A stretch of 64,000 bases of DNA. Source: Octopus vulgaris (taxonomy: Eukaryota). Position numbers and translations under genes: made by a program. Below are positions 13,640 through 27,555 of this stretch, one piece after another (position 1 is the first letter of the stretch; each line of letters starts with the position of its first letter). The notes beneath the pieces are model-generated. The model made no database searches. It was not told the origin of the DNA and saw nothing but the letters and a program-made list of their open reading frames with translations. The stretch is taken from contig OX597815.1 in assembly GCA_951406725.2 (NCBI GenBank), positions 13,330,001-13,394,000 of the forward strand. The letters are read 5' to 3'.

Positions 13640-13830
13640 CCAGCTGTCCTAATCGTTAGCAAGCCAGGCAAAATGCATAGCAGCATTTCGTCCATCTTCA
13701 TTACAAATCTACGAAGGGCGACTTAGTTTTGTATCCTTCTAAACTTGATGAAATAAACACAACTTGAGCACTGGGGCCGATGTCATCAACTTACCTCCAC
13801 TCACGAACCTGTTGACCTTATGCCAACTAC
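13640..13830 (+). mobile_element. SINE family B, degenerate
   Basis: CGTTAGCAAGCCAGGCAAAATGC...ATTTCGTCC...GAGCACTGGGGCCGATGT. Confidence 0.65.
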
Positions 13831-14385
13831 TTAGCGGAAGGTGATATTTTGCATCATAGATGACATAATATAGAAGTGACACTCACATGATTTTGATTTC
13901 CTGTTGAATTCATTTCATTCCACCACTTCGTTTTTTATGCTGTTTGAAAGGTTATAAGTGCTATTATATCCCATTCCATCAGCTCATTTTATCTGAATTA
14001 TTGACAAAGTGGCAGACCTGTCTGTATGTGTAAAGCAAAGCGAGGGAAGTGAATGTATACAGCGTTAAACTGTTTGGAGAAGTTTTACTGGAATAATGAT
14101 TTGGAATCTATTTGTGGCGAGAATTTTAAAGTGTGTGAAGATATCAATTTGAATAACAAAGGACTGAGATCAACCCTCAACTGACACAAGCATGTCCCTG
14201 CGTAATGACCTCGTTTTTTGATACCGTGATACATATAATAAAATGCTGCATTCAGTTGCAATTTCGATCTATCTATTTGACGATCCGTAACAATAATTAA
14301 GGGCCATTCACAAGAATACATGTTAGTGATTTAAGATTGAATCTATAAACATTTTGAAAAGCATATATCAATACACGCACACACA

Positions 14386-14513
<128 letters not shown>

Positions 14514-14567
14514 CATACATATATATATATAAATACCTGTGTATGTACATACGTATCTAACTATATT

Positions 14568-14601
<34 letters not shown>

Positions 14602-14606
14602 AATAC

Positions 14607-14657
<51 letters not shown>

Positions 14658-14689
14658 CGTGTGTATGTATATATGTATATAACTATATT

Positions 14690-14722
<33 letters not shown>

Positions 14723-14759
14723 TATGTGAAATAGAAAGATGAATAATCTTGTAGTAGAT

Positions 14760-15029
14760 TACGCAACTTTTCGGGACATGAACAAGCGCCAGACCACGGG
14801 ACTCAGTAAGCTAATATGGCGACTGAAGGATACGAACTTAAGCTACAGGCTGGAATGGTCAATTTTGTCGGTGGCCCTCCCATTTGATAGGGGCAGAAGG
14901 CAGTGCAATCTTTGTGTCTCCGAACTCTTCCATATTTTGTTTGCCAGAGGCCGGATGGTAAACGGGCTTTTACAGTCGGCTTTTCGATGCCCCCATTGGC
15001 GGCGCTACACTTATCTGGCTTTTAAATAG
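14760..15029 (+). mobile_element. Penelope-like element (probably Neptune-type), C-terminal GIY-YIG endonuclease fragment
   Basis: [21 protein letters not shown]...WSIL...PFDRGRRQCNLCVSE...CPH fits the PLE endonuclease C-terminus pattern (T-x-LSKxIWxLKD...W-x-I...CNLCxxE...CxH); 5'-truncated beside (TA)n. Confidence 0.8.
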
Positions 15030-15755
15030 CGTTTATAAATAATACCGGCACCCATAGCCCTTGGTAACAAATTCTGAAATAGCCTTTAAGATATCTACGA
15101 TTAGCCACTGCAAGGGGAATTACTCCTGTAAGACAAACGGGGCTTGGTTTTTTCACAGCGGGGGGTTTCCTTGACAAGGCAGGCTTAGATGAACACACAC
15201 ACACATAAAACATAATATATATATTTTTTTTTTCTGCCACCCAACGGTTCTGACGGCAGTAGCCACTGACAGCCGAACGATCAAACGCACACACGTACAC
15301 AAAAAATGTTTTCTACCCCTACGCTAACACACATATATAGAACAGTATACACACACACACGTCTCTAAGTAGATTTTTTCTCGCCCCTTATAAAACATCC
15401 AATATTCCTTAAATAGTCAGAACTTTATTCTCGGTCACAAAGAACTCCTACACACCCTCACCCACATGATTGACCGATGCCTGACCCGTTAAATTCTTCA
15501 GCCACCGGTTCTCAACATACACTGATAAACAGTTTCGCCATGGGCTCTTAGGAGCATAGTTCGATTTGTTTTTGCTCCGCCTCTGTTCTGTTTTTGTTTT
15601 TCCAACGGATTTCCTATTTTCTTCCTGAAGAGAAAGACACAATATGGTCCCATTATTCAATCGGATTTTGGTAATTTGTGCCTTTCGAAACACGTGTAGA
15701 ATGAAATAAAACGATTTCTGTTCAATCTGCGTTCAGCTCCATTTCTTCAATTCAC

Positions 15756-15804
<49 letters not shown>

Positions 15805-15844
15805 GTATATATGGGCACAGTCAAATGACTGAAACAAGAGAATT

Positions 15845-16452
15845 CGAGATTTGATCAATAAGTATCTGGACTGTTGCCATAATAACGAAGCTAAAGCAAA
15901 CAGAGTGAAGCTGCTTGGCGTGGATTTACCTTAAACGTCGCCGTGCATTCGCACTGCGTTTTAACCATGGTCGCATTAACCATGACAGAGAAAGTTGAGC
16001 AGGGAATCTGAACAAATTTTGCCAAAATCTTGACCTTACCTGCTTAGAGGCCTACGGAAAATTTTCGAAACGTTTTCACCGTTTTCGACACAATATAGGA
16101 GGTCTTGTGCAACTGAAACCCGAGTGTCTTTTGGGTCAGACGTAAGGCGTTTTCGCAGAAACTTGGCAGACACGAACTGATACAAAATTCGTCAGTGATG
16201 ATGGAATGAATTGAACCGTAACTAATCTCCACATCCTCTGATATCTCACGGATGGTGATTCACATAGTTCCTCTCACAGCTTCCCGCATATCTGCAATGT
16301 TTTACTCAGTTCTTCTGGTTGCGAGTCTCCCACAACGTTCACCAATATCGACATTCTTTCGGCCGTCTTGAAAAAGTCTGAACCACTCGTACACCAGTGT
16401 GCGGTTCATACACATTCTTAATCTTTGTGCAGGCCCCTGAGCAAGTATCGCC
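15845..16452. mobile_element. Rearranged mariner relic: + strand 5' end joined to an inverted HTH-coding segment
   Basis: + strand: TIR-like TGATCAATAAGTATCTGGACTG then MTEKVEQGI; - strand 16452 to ~16060: MNRTLVYEWFRLFQDGRKNVD...ERCGR...ITIREISEDVEISYGSIHSII...VSAKF (mariner N-terminal HTH and linker). Confidence 0.8.
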
Positions 16453-17392
16453 ATGACAACCATTAACATTTATTGCCATTTAAACATGGCTGCCATGTCT
16501 AGTGGACGTGTGTCCAATATCTAGCTTGATCACAAAGTGCTCGAAAGTATACCGTCTGGGAGTCGCGCGGCTGGAAGATGCAGGTTCATTACCTGCATCT
16601 TGCAGCAGGTAATGAACGCTATGCGCGCTATGTATATCGAATGCAGATTGCATTGAATAACCATCTGGAAGAGACGTTCTCATGACATCAAAAATAGCAT
16701 TAACATTCCTTCCTACGGAACAGTCATGTTTGAGTTAGGATAAATATTATTTCTCAGTATAGTTGCTGCTTTCCTCCTTTGTAGAGATTTTCTAACTAAC
16801 TAATTTATTTGTTGCAAAATCAGTGACTCTGTTAGTATTTTTCTATATATTGTGAGCTGGATGGAACTACTGATATCTTTAATGGATGAGTTGCGACTGA
16901 GGTTGACAATAAATAAGTTGAAACAGTATGGTCGGGTGGCCTTGTAGCTGGAAGATGGTAGCGGCTTACTCCACTGCAAGATCAGAGATGACGAAGAAAT
17001 GTGAGAGAGATAAAATAATGAGGAAAGAAAGCAGAGTGAAGAATAAAACACAATGATTAAAGAATTTGGGAGACTTTTCCAGATGAAAGTTTTAATCACA
17101 ATGACTACTTGTAGAAGGGGAGTGAGTACCATATGCTTGTGTTTGTCTCTGTGCTGATAAAAATAGTAACAACAGCCATAAAAGTTGCGTGATGATAGAT
17201 ACTACATAGGGAATTCTAATGGTCATATATTTCAGAATTCATACTTAAAATACGGACATCTGAATACATATGTGTGTGTGTTTGTGCGCGCTCGTGCGTA
17301 TACACATATACGTATATAAACATATATAAGCGCATATACATATAGATAATAACACACATGCATACATATATAAATATGTACATAAACGCACG

Positions 17393-17438
<46 letters not shown>

Positions 17439-17517
17439 AATTTATACACATACCTATGCCAACATACAGACATGCCTATATATACATACATACATAAACA
17501 TAGATAGATACAGACAT

Positions 17518-17578
<61 letters not shown>

Positions 17579-17829
17579 CACACAAACATTGTGAGATATA
17601 TCATTACATCTATAGAAATGACTATGGTATGGTGGTGTATATATATATAGAAATGGTAAAATATGGCTACCAGTAACAATGAGGGATATTAGAGAAATAC
17701 AAAGATGACACAAATTGAAGGCAAGAAATGAATTGTTTAAGAATGGAAGTCTCATATATTAGTCGTGTAAACATTCAGAGATTGTTGTTTCGGTGAATGT
17801 AATTAATCTATAATGAAGATCCGGTTTAT

Positions 17830-19010
17830 AAGACAGTCTGCATGTTCTGAGAATTTTATGGTTTCAATTGATTATCAGTTCATTTCGGTTGTTCAGAACG
17901 TGTGTCAGCGACAGAAAGATTTGGTTTGCATCCCGTGTGAATAATTGGCATGACATTCTTTCTCTTGTGTTCGCCGTTGCATACATCTCTACGCTGCATT
18001 GCCGCGAGTATGAGGACTTTTGTATTTTCAGCGGCCATATGTACTCAGTGAGTGGGGACGAATAGACCCACTTTCGGTTTATAGATAAGTGGACGTGTGT
18101 GTAATAGTGCTTTCTATAATTATTGGCCATGGTCTGTATGTGTGGTTGCACTTGTGACGAGCTGTCACCAGTAAAAAAATGTTTTTGGTGTGACAGATTC
18201 CATCGAATGTCACTTCGTAGTTTTCGTCGTAGAGGCACCATCAGGAGTTGTGTTGGGTTTGTTGGCGTCAGGCGTTTGTTTGGGGTCACCTGTCGAAAAT
18301 GTTATTTCAGCTGAAATAGAATGTTTGCTGTTAGGGCAGCCGGTTATGTTCGAATCAAATTCAGTCGGCTGGGGAAAAGGATCAACAAAGAGCGTCCTAT
18401 GGTCAAGAATATGAACAGTGTTTCTCTCAAAATGATCGTTTGTTATCGTATGTTCAGTAATTGCATTAGTTAGTTTGCAGCTATTATAAGCTGCAGTATT
18501 ATCTGCAAGTTTGGATGCTGTGGAGTAAGAGAACCTAATTTTATATTTGTTTCAAACATGTTAATATTAATGGTTCAGTGAAAAGTTAGTTTTAATGGGA
18601 GAAGAGGGAATTTTTAATAGGTATTTTGACCTGGATATTAAAAGGAATATTTACCAGGTGATTCTCTTATTTCAATTTTTAAAAAATTTTCTCTTTTAAT
18701 TCTAGTGTTATTCGAGGAATAATTAGTGTTATTCGAATTTCTAATATAGCTAATCCCTGACTGGTAAGGGCTAATTCGAATTGTGTAGGAATGTTTTGTG
18801 CGTTTAGGTGTAGACGATTTTGTAGTTAATTCATACATTTTCCATAGTGTAGAATCCTAATCTGCTTCAGTGTTGGGTTCGATATATAAGGGATCTTCTC
18901 AGAATACCCAGTTCTGTATAGTCAGCTATATTTTCGAAAAGTTGTTTATTTCGGGATAATTTAGAGGTTTTGATAGAAACACTTCTAACCATTTGTTTTA
19001 CGATGGATGT
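17830..19010 (-). mobile_element. Degenerate Penelope-like element (thumb/linker and GIY-YIG region)
   Basis: Minus-strand pieces KQMVRSVSIKTSKLSRNKQLFE, RFSYST...AYN and KHYYTH...SSPLTEYIWPLK...CQL...VLNNRNEL; the last is homologous to the 14760 fragment; many frameshifts. Confidence 0.65.
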
Positions 19011-22000
19011 TCACTCCTTCGCATTGCGCTTGTTTACGTGTTTGTTTTTATATACAATGTGCTAAGCGGTTTTTGGGCCACTTACAAGATAAACTACATT
19101 TCCATACTTTTTATTTATTTACACGTTGCCTTTTGTTTCTAAGTTCAGCTGACCAAGAATATTGAAATCTGGACTTTGGTCAATTCCATTACAGGCAATT
19201 GTTGGTTGGTCTATACAACATATCAGTAAGTAGATAATTGTAATTAATTGATGGGTACTTTATTGTGATAAACTATTTATTAGTACTGTTAACGAAATTT
19301 TAATAACTATTATGATTACTTCAAAACGTTATGGCACTCTCGCTTCCATTTTGTCTAAACCTATTGGTGTATCCCATTATGGTGACTTCTTATTTTCCAT
19401 TTTTTTTACTTATAAACCCTGTTACCCTCATAGAAAAAAATAACTCACCAATTAATATTTAAGTTTAGTCAATTACTCAATGTTCTGAAGCGACACATGC
19501 AAAATGGCATGATTTAAATATATTAAGCCTTCCATCTTCTCAAGGCTCTTATTCCTTTCTTTTCTCTTCTTTTCTTTTATTTATTTTTACTCACTCTGAT
19601 GCGGCTCCATGTTCTAGATCGGATGTGTTACCAAATATGATGAATATTATTTTCAGAATTTTCAATGGCAGTAACGTAGAACGTTGGAAGCAGAGACAGA
19701 TGATAGATGGGATACAAATTATTTGTATTAAAAACATAATAATTGATGTTAGTCAAATGTCATTAATCAATATTTCTCCATTTTCTGTTTACGTTATATA
19801 TAACGGATGTGGATGTCTGAAACACATTCTATTCCACGCACCTGCGTTTTGCGCACGTTATTCAACTCGGAGTTAAGTGATATGTAATAGAGTGATAATG
19901 TCTGAGAGATAGAAAAATATGTCATCCACAATTTACCTCCAGTATGAAAAACTGAATAATATAGAAATACAGAAAATACAAATAATCTATGGAATTTAGA
20001 TTTTACAGTTATGAGAATTTCATAACGTGAAACGCTTTATAAGTGTGATTTCCAAAATAAACTGCAACTGTACTTCCTCCTCTGAAGTTTGGCACCTCTT
20101 TCTTTTCTCAATGCAGTGTGTTGATTTCTCAGTTCCTTTTGCCTGCTTCTATGTCTCCCTCCCAATATGCATTCATAACACTCTTTTCTCTCGATTTCCA
20201 TATGTTCTCTTTTTTTGGAAGAAAAATTTATAGATATAATCGCTATAACGAATATTTCGCCACTCAGAATATTCTCAAGCTGACTATCGGAAAGATTATA
20301 ATTAAGTAGACTCACTTTCAGATTTCTCTTCTTCTGAACCTTTGAGCATTTCCTTCTACCGGAAACAGCCGCTATAGAGAAAAATCTGGAAAGTCTTCAG
20401 GCAGGATATATGAGAGCGATTCTTGTTAGTCAGGCTGTTATCATACAAAATGATATTTCTATATTTTATTTTCCTAACGTTTTAAGCATACTTTACTACC
20501 TCATTCTATACTACTAATCACATGATCAGTTTAAAGTTAGTTTCTTATAAATGACAACATAAATTTTATTTATCTGCAGATTATACAGTAATATATAATA
20601 TACACCATTAAGAATATATTTATTCAACAATATGTAGCAAAACAATTCATAAGTATTCTAAATATATAATAGTTTTAAAATCGATTCAGCTTAATAACGA
20701 TGGGAATGTTTTTGATCGCGTACAACTGTTAAGGATAGAATGAGTAAAACATCAAAAAGGATTAAGGTTTATATATAGAAGTGACGTCCCCAGTTTTTCA
20801 AAAGTATAAGGTTAGTGCCAAAACGTAGCGCTTACGAGATTCGTTTGTTCGTCAGACGACATATATGTGTGACATTTAGTTACGGCCTCATTACCTTTAT
20901 TATAGCTACTATGTGCAATTTACTCGATTCATATAAAACGAATTGAGGCCATACTCGTCGGCGGCCAAACGAGGACCAATAGTGCGCAGTGACATCTGCA
21001 ATATGTTAGAAAGTTATATTTCTATTAGCTGCGGTAAACGGTCAGAAATATGTTAAGCTAAGTATTGTAGCGAGGTTTATTGCGGAGGAATAGAGGTGGC
21101 ATTCATAGGCACAGTTTTACGCCCACGAAGGTAAAATTATCTAATTGCAAAGACTTTTGGCATTGCGTCTGTGGAAAAATTCTATAACCCCCTGGTTTGA
21201 CACGGAGAATAGGTCGGTTGCATTACGTATTGGCAATATATTTTAGAGGCATTGAAGTTAAATATGAAAGTCTGTCCGAGATGCGAGAAGATAATTGCAT
21301 TTTTTTCTGCACGGCTTCATTCTATGTCAGAACTTTGCTAAAGAGTGTTGTTTGTTGATTTCGAATAGCGTGTATGATGAAACCAGATTGTGTTCAACGT
21401 AAAATACACCAGTCACTTTTATTAACCACCCATGGCAAGTAGATTTCTCCTGTTCGACTGCTAACTTAACAGACACCGAATAATATACACAAGTTCTACT
21501 GAAATGGAGATTATACGACTTCTTTTTTCAGCGGAAAACACATTAAATGTGAGACGTTCCATTTGTCGAGTGGCTTAAACACTGACAGGAGTATACTGCT
21601 TCATAATGTATTTGCGAAAAGAAAGCTTTATGGCCAGAGAAATTTGACACATGTTCTGCAAGAACCTTAGGCTGCATGGCAAAAATGACACCCTATCCCT
21701 TGATAATCGAAATAAGCATAGCAGCCCCTTTAAGTATACTAGTTTGTTTTATGTATTTGGTACATTTTGTATTCGGTAATCTTTATTATTGCGTGAACCC
21801 GGCAGCTGTAAAAATTGATCCCTTCTTCGTCACCTGGTGACTAATACAATAATGGCTGCTTTTTTCTGCGTAGGTACTTTTCGGTTGTACTTCTGTCGCC
21901 CGCCATGTTGATTTCTATTCCTTTAATTTCTGTTCCTCGAACACTTTACGGATAATTTATTCGGGATTATTTTATTATTATTCTTTTACATTGTTCTGAC

Positions 22001-22705
22001 GGTAGCCATGAAAAAGATTCGGCATAGAAGATTTTAGTCTATAATACTGTCTCTACTTACTTTAATCAGAGGCGTATTCTCCGTTGTCAATGAATCATTC
22101 GGCTTTCAGAGATAGAACGCGATACACCGAAAAGATTAATGGCAAACAGGTGTTTTCTGTGCGTACATACAGACATATGGGTATGAGGATTACTCCAACT
22201 TCTATGATGACCAAACCCTCCTTCTGCTTCCTCATTGCCAATGGCATTTCCGACTATCCGTCCATGACCGTAGTGATTATTGTTCAGTAAACACTGCATA
22301 TTTGCATGGTTTGGAACATTGTTGACAGATGGAAATTGCGATTTACCCTACACACGTCACCACCTTTTCAACGCTACGGGACATTAAGCAGATAGAATGA
22401 GAAATGATAGAGAGATATATGTACGTAATTGGACTATAAAGATAAAGGCTTGGGCAACACGAGTGTCACTCTAGTAGGCTCCATCATAAGCAACTAACAA
22501 CAAGCGGATGTGAGAAAAGCAGTGATTACTTGAAAGCTCTAATTTTACACCGGAGTGTCCCTATACTCAAAGGAGTTCCCTCCCTTCTAGTGGCTTTACT
22601 GTTTCCGGCACGGGGCTTCGGTTCGAGAGTTCCACTGTTTAAGGAATGTCGAACCATCAATTTGCCACTATTGACCCCAGGTATAGTCTGACCCGGTATT
22701 GTAGC

Positions 22706-22930
22706 GGCGAGCTGGCAGAAACGTTAGCACGCCGGGCGAAATGCGTAGCCGTAATTCGTCTGCCGTTACGTTGTGAGTTCAAATTCCGCCGAGGTCGACT
22801 TTGCCTTTCATCCTTTCGGGATCGATAAGTTAAGCACAAGTGACGCACTGGGGTCGATGTAATCGACTTAATACCTATATCTGTCTTTGTCCCTTCTATG
22901 TTTAGCCCCCTTGTGGGTAATAAAGAAATA
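22706..22930 (+). mobile_element. SINE family B, near full length, 11-bp TSD
   Basis: TSD GGTATTGTAGC at 22695-22705 and 22931-22941. Confidence 0.92.
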
Positions 22931-23831
22931 GGTATTGTAGCACTCGGGGTTAACTAGCTACGGATAAGACCAGCTGACTGAATACGTTTGTGAATTCTAG
23001 TATGTCAAGCTTTATGTGTGTGTACTTCTACGTATGTGTGAGTATTGTATTGGTTTCATAACTCCACCGTTCAGTAAGATACAAAATTATTCCTAAATCA
23101 TTTGACCCTAATGAAATTTATAACTTTCACTTCATTTGCACGTTGAAATTATCTGGCCTTAAAAGGGGCTAGGAGCTATTGTTATCTTGAACATATGGAT
23201 GTTCGAATAAATTAACTCTAATTACTCGCTCCTTGATGATGTACAGGCATCAAAGTTGAAGCCAAAATTGATACTTGACATCAGGTTTACGGTTTCTTTG
23301 AAAAGTCTGGGATCTTCAAACGGTAGAAATAGCAATCATCGTAGTACTTACAGTCTGGCCAAATTGTGTTTATTGCAATCTGAATAGATTTTGTTTACAC
23401 CCAGAAAGACATTTTTTGCTCAAAACTCTTCTGGTTTAAGGAATTAAAATCAGATTACTCTCTGTATGCAAATTTCCCTTTCAATGCTACTTATATATGT
23501 ATCCCCATTGTTATAAAGCTGTAATCTTTCCACATACGATGTGTTAGCGTTATTGACACACAAGATCATTTATCCGCTAGGGACTAAAATGCAACAAAAT
23601 GCGAAAACAATATCAAGAACACAAACGAGAGTATATTCTAGAAACAAAATACATGACCTATTTAATCTCATTGAAATACATTAATACTTAGTATAGTAAG
23701 ATTTAAAGGAAATTTTCCTTCTAACGCTGTCTTTCGGTCATATTTAGTTCCGTAACTGGCCATGTTGGTATTTGCCTGAATAACGGTTGTTAAATAGATT
23801 CAGCGAAGGCTTATTAAGTTAATATATATAT

Positions 23832-24197
23832 TACTCTTTTACTCTTTTACTTGTTTCAGTCATCTGACTGCGGCCAAATCGACCCCGGACTTATACTTAG
23901 TAAGCCCAGTACTTATTCTATCGGTCTTTTTTGCAGAACCTCTAAGTGACGGGGACGTAAACACACAATGCTAGGGGGACAAACACAGACACAAAGCATA
24001 CACACATACATATATATACATATATACATATATACGACAGGCTTCTTTCAGTTTCCGTCTACCAAATCCACTCACAAGGCTTTGGTCGGCCCGGGACTAT
24101 AGCAGAAGACACATGCCCAAGATGCCACGCAGTAGGACTGAACCCGGAACCACGTGGTTGGTTAGCAAGCTACTTACCACACAGCCACTCCTACGCC
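23832..24197 (-). mobile_element. SINE family A (two small internal deletions)
   Basis: Reverse complement of the neighbouring copy at 24478. Confidence 0.9.
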
Positions 24198-24236
<39 letters not shown>

Positions 24237-24477
24237 ATGCACATATACATATTGACGGATGTATGTGTGAGTATGTATTCATTTATGTATGTAACGAGTG
24301 ATGAAGCCTCGCTTATATACCTCATATAGATTATGAGACGGTTGTAAAAACAAATGGAATGAACACCTATTCTCTAACATTTTTATCTGATCGATTGTAA
24401 CAATCGATTTAGGTTACTATTTGAGCCTAGGTCAGCATTCTAGACAAACCAATGATCAGAAAATATACAAATATATA

Positions 24478-24898
24478 GGCGCAGGAGTGGCTGTGTGGTA
24501 AGTAGCTTGCCTACCAACCACATGGTTCCGGGTTCAGTCCCACTGCGTGGCATCTTGGGCAAGTGTCTTCTGCTATAGCCTCGGGCCGACCAAAGCCTTG
24601 TGAGTGGATTTGGTAGACGGAAACTGAAAGAAGCCCGTCGTATATATGTATATATATGTATATATGTATGTGTGTGTATATGTTTGTGTGTCTGTGTTTG
24701 TCCCTCTAGCATTGCTTGACAACCTATGCTGGTGTGTTTATGTCCCCGTCACTTAGCGGTTCGGCAATAAGAGACCGATAGAATAAGTACTGGGCTTACA
24801 AAGAATAAGTCTCGGGGTCGATTTGCTCGACTAAAGGCGGTGCTCCAGCATGGCCGCAGTCAAATGACTGAAACAAGTAAAAGACTAAAAGACTAAAG
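24478..24898 (+). mobile_element. SINE family A, full length
   Basis: GGCGCAGGAGTGGCTGTGTGGTAAG (A box), GGTTCAGTCCC (B-box-like), internal TA/TG tract, tail AAACAAGTAAAAGACTAAAAGACTAAAG. Confidence 0.92.
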
Positions 24899-27344
24899 TT
24901 ATGACCATTTGCTCTTTCTTAAGTTGAAAGTGTGCCCTATAATTTTAAAATGGGCAAAATTTAACGGGTATTTAGGACATAATGTTGGAAATCAAAATAT
25001 CGCGTTACGTAGGAATAGTCTGGATAAAAAAGCTTGCAGTTTTGCGAATAATCTAAAAGCAGGCACAGACACCAAGAATTATTTAGGAAAACATATATTT
25101 CAGATCTTGGGAAACCGTGTTAAGATTTTAGAGTTCATATTTAGATATTTTGTGTTGTTTTGCAACGCATATCTCATCAAATTATCTGTAATTAACAACC
25201 ATTATTTCAGTTTGCGAAAGTTGTAATCACATCATTTTCCACAGGCTGTAAAGACACTATAAATCATTATATGACATATAGTAAGAGAAATAAAGAGAAA
25301 AAAATATTTTAATAAAGTATTGGAATATTTAAGATGGATTGATTAAACAACTGAAAAATCCACTAATTAATCACGAAAGTAGATTATAAATAAATTATAA
25401 ATATAATGATTCAAAATTTGATTTAGCGGCGAAGAACAGAGAACAATTCAATCAACAAAAAATATCGCATTAAATATTGCCAAAATTAAATATTAGGCAT
25501 GCAAAACAATTGAGGTTTTAATTTCATGTTTAATAACATTGTAGTGGAATTGAATTTCAAAATGTGAGAACAATTAGGAAAAATGATAAAAGAATATAAA
25601 TATATGTTTAAAATATATCATTATAAAGAAAGAATTACAAAAACATTGAATCGTTTTTTGAACTCCTAAGAAAATATTTATTATAAATATTCTGAAGAAA
25701 TTAAGAGATTTGTTTTGTTAACTTAGTCTGATTATAGATAAATCTATTTTCGTGTTGAAGTAGTAATTTTTGGTATTAAAATGCTTGAAGGATGGGCTGT
25801 TGTATTGCGAAAAAGAAATATTTGATAATAAAAGTAAATAAATTTATATATTTTTGTTATTCAGTGAATAACTATAGTGTTTATAGAATATTTTGGTGTT
25901 CCAAGACTGACAGAATGAAATAATGTAAAGTGAAATTTTCTGAGTTTCTTTAATGCAGATGCAGTACAGAGCTGATAAGTCTTTACAGAACATGGGAGAT
26001 TAGGGGCAAAGGGATAACTGTTTGAATAACTGCAATTAAGTGAATTCTATAACAACCCCATGAGATGCAAGCTTTGTTGTTATATATATAGTGACACTTA
26101 AAGCCGAACAGGTAAAAACAAGTGTAAATAATCAGATGATCTTTCAAATATTTCCTCTTTATCATATTTCAGTCATTAGACATTGAATGCTTTGGTGTTC
26201 GTCATGGGTAGTAGGTTTCATTAAGCAATCCAAGGAGAGTCGTCAGAAAATTTACACGCGATGCATATGATTTCAACTGTAGTTAAACCCTGTTTGAATG
26301 GTTACCTTTTTAAGAATATCTCGCAATATAATGCAGTACGTAAAAAAAAAATCTCAATCTAGCACAAATGTTTATCTTATTTATAATATTCTCAATAATT
26401 GAGGCATTAATTTGGTGTAGTTATTCTTGATCGTGAAGTATTATTGATTCGTTTATTCTTCCATCCAAATCTATAAGAGAAAATCGAATGAGTCACAAGC
26501 TGCATTATATAGGCCTCTCTGTTGGAAGAACCTCACTGATATTTATTTATGATAAATTGCTGTGGTAGACGTTTAATGTTCACATCTGTAAATTAACGGT
26601 AAAAGATATTCCTGACGTTCAACACCTTACGTGCGTGTTGGAAATATAGGTTATTGGAAGAAACTGAGTAGAGGAGTTATAGTATGTTGTGGATTCGTAT
26701 AAAGTTGACGAATGCGCAGCGGTAAACTTAAGCATTTTTACAAAATATGCAACCGTCAATGAAGACTATGAAATCATCAGAGATTCATTTGATGCTAAAA
26801 TAGAGGCAGTGTCGAAAAAGGGGGTTTCCTTCACATGCACAAAGACTGCATTTGAAGAAGCTAAATAAGGCATTCCCCTTCCGCTGCTGCAGATATTTGC
26901 AATGGTCAAACTCTATCCTAAGAACCACCATAGGAGATGACCAGAATCATAACTGCATATTAGATAACACATTTATGTTGCACGCCTCTTTGTTCCAACC
27001 AAGTGGAAGGTTTTGTTATAGATGAAGTTCTCAGAAACGTCGGAAAATTTTCAATGCCGTACGCTAGGACAATTGCTGTGAGAATGCATGCTCTCAGTGA
27101 ATTTTGAATTGCTCTTCAGCGATGCCTTACAGATATTTACTGAAAAATGAGTAGTACTAAAATAGAAATATTAATTGCTAATGAATATTTATATTATTTG
27201 AAATTTTGGAAATGACGTAAATATTTTCAGGTCTTTCTTTGTGTATGACGCTATATATATTTTTAGGAGAATGGGATACGCGACTGAAGAAGTATGGGAA
27301 CTTTTGATGCGGTACTAGTAGGGATGGTGAGTACATCTAGCTAG

Positions 27345-27555
27345 TTACCTTTTCTGTCATAGGCAGAAGGCTAGAACTTTTGTTGGGACGGGGATAGCCA
27401 ATTACATCGACCCCGGTATAACCTGTTACCTTTTATCGACCCCTGATAGAATGCAAAGCCTAGTTGACCTCGGCGGACCTCGGCGGTCCCCCGAATGTAA
27501 AGACGGACGAAATGCCACTAAGCATCTTGCCTGGCACGGTAAAGATTCTGCCAGC
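27345..27555 (-). mobile_element. SINE family B, degenerate
   Basis: ATTACATCGACCCC...TTTATCGACCCC...GACCTCGGCGGA...GACGGACGAAATGCC...TTCTGCCAGC. Confidence 0.7.

Noticed and set aside
21480-21620. Minus-strand YTPVSV*ATRQMERL resembling the non-LTR RT motif YRPISL...MERL
   Set aside because: A single weak motif; I could not find downstream RT motifs
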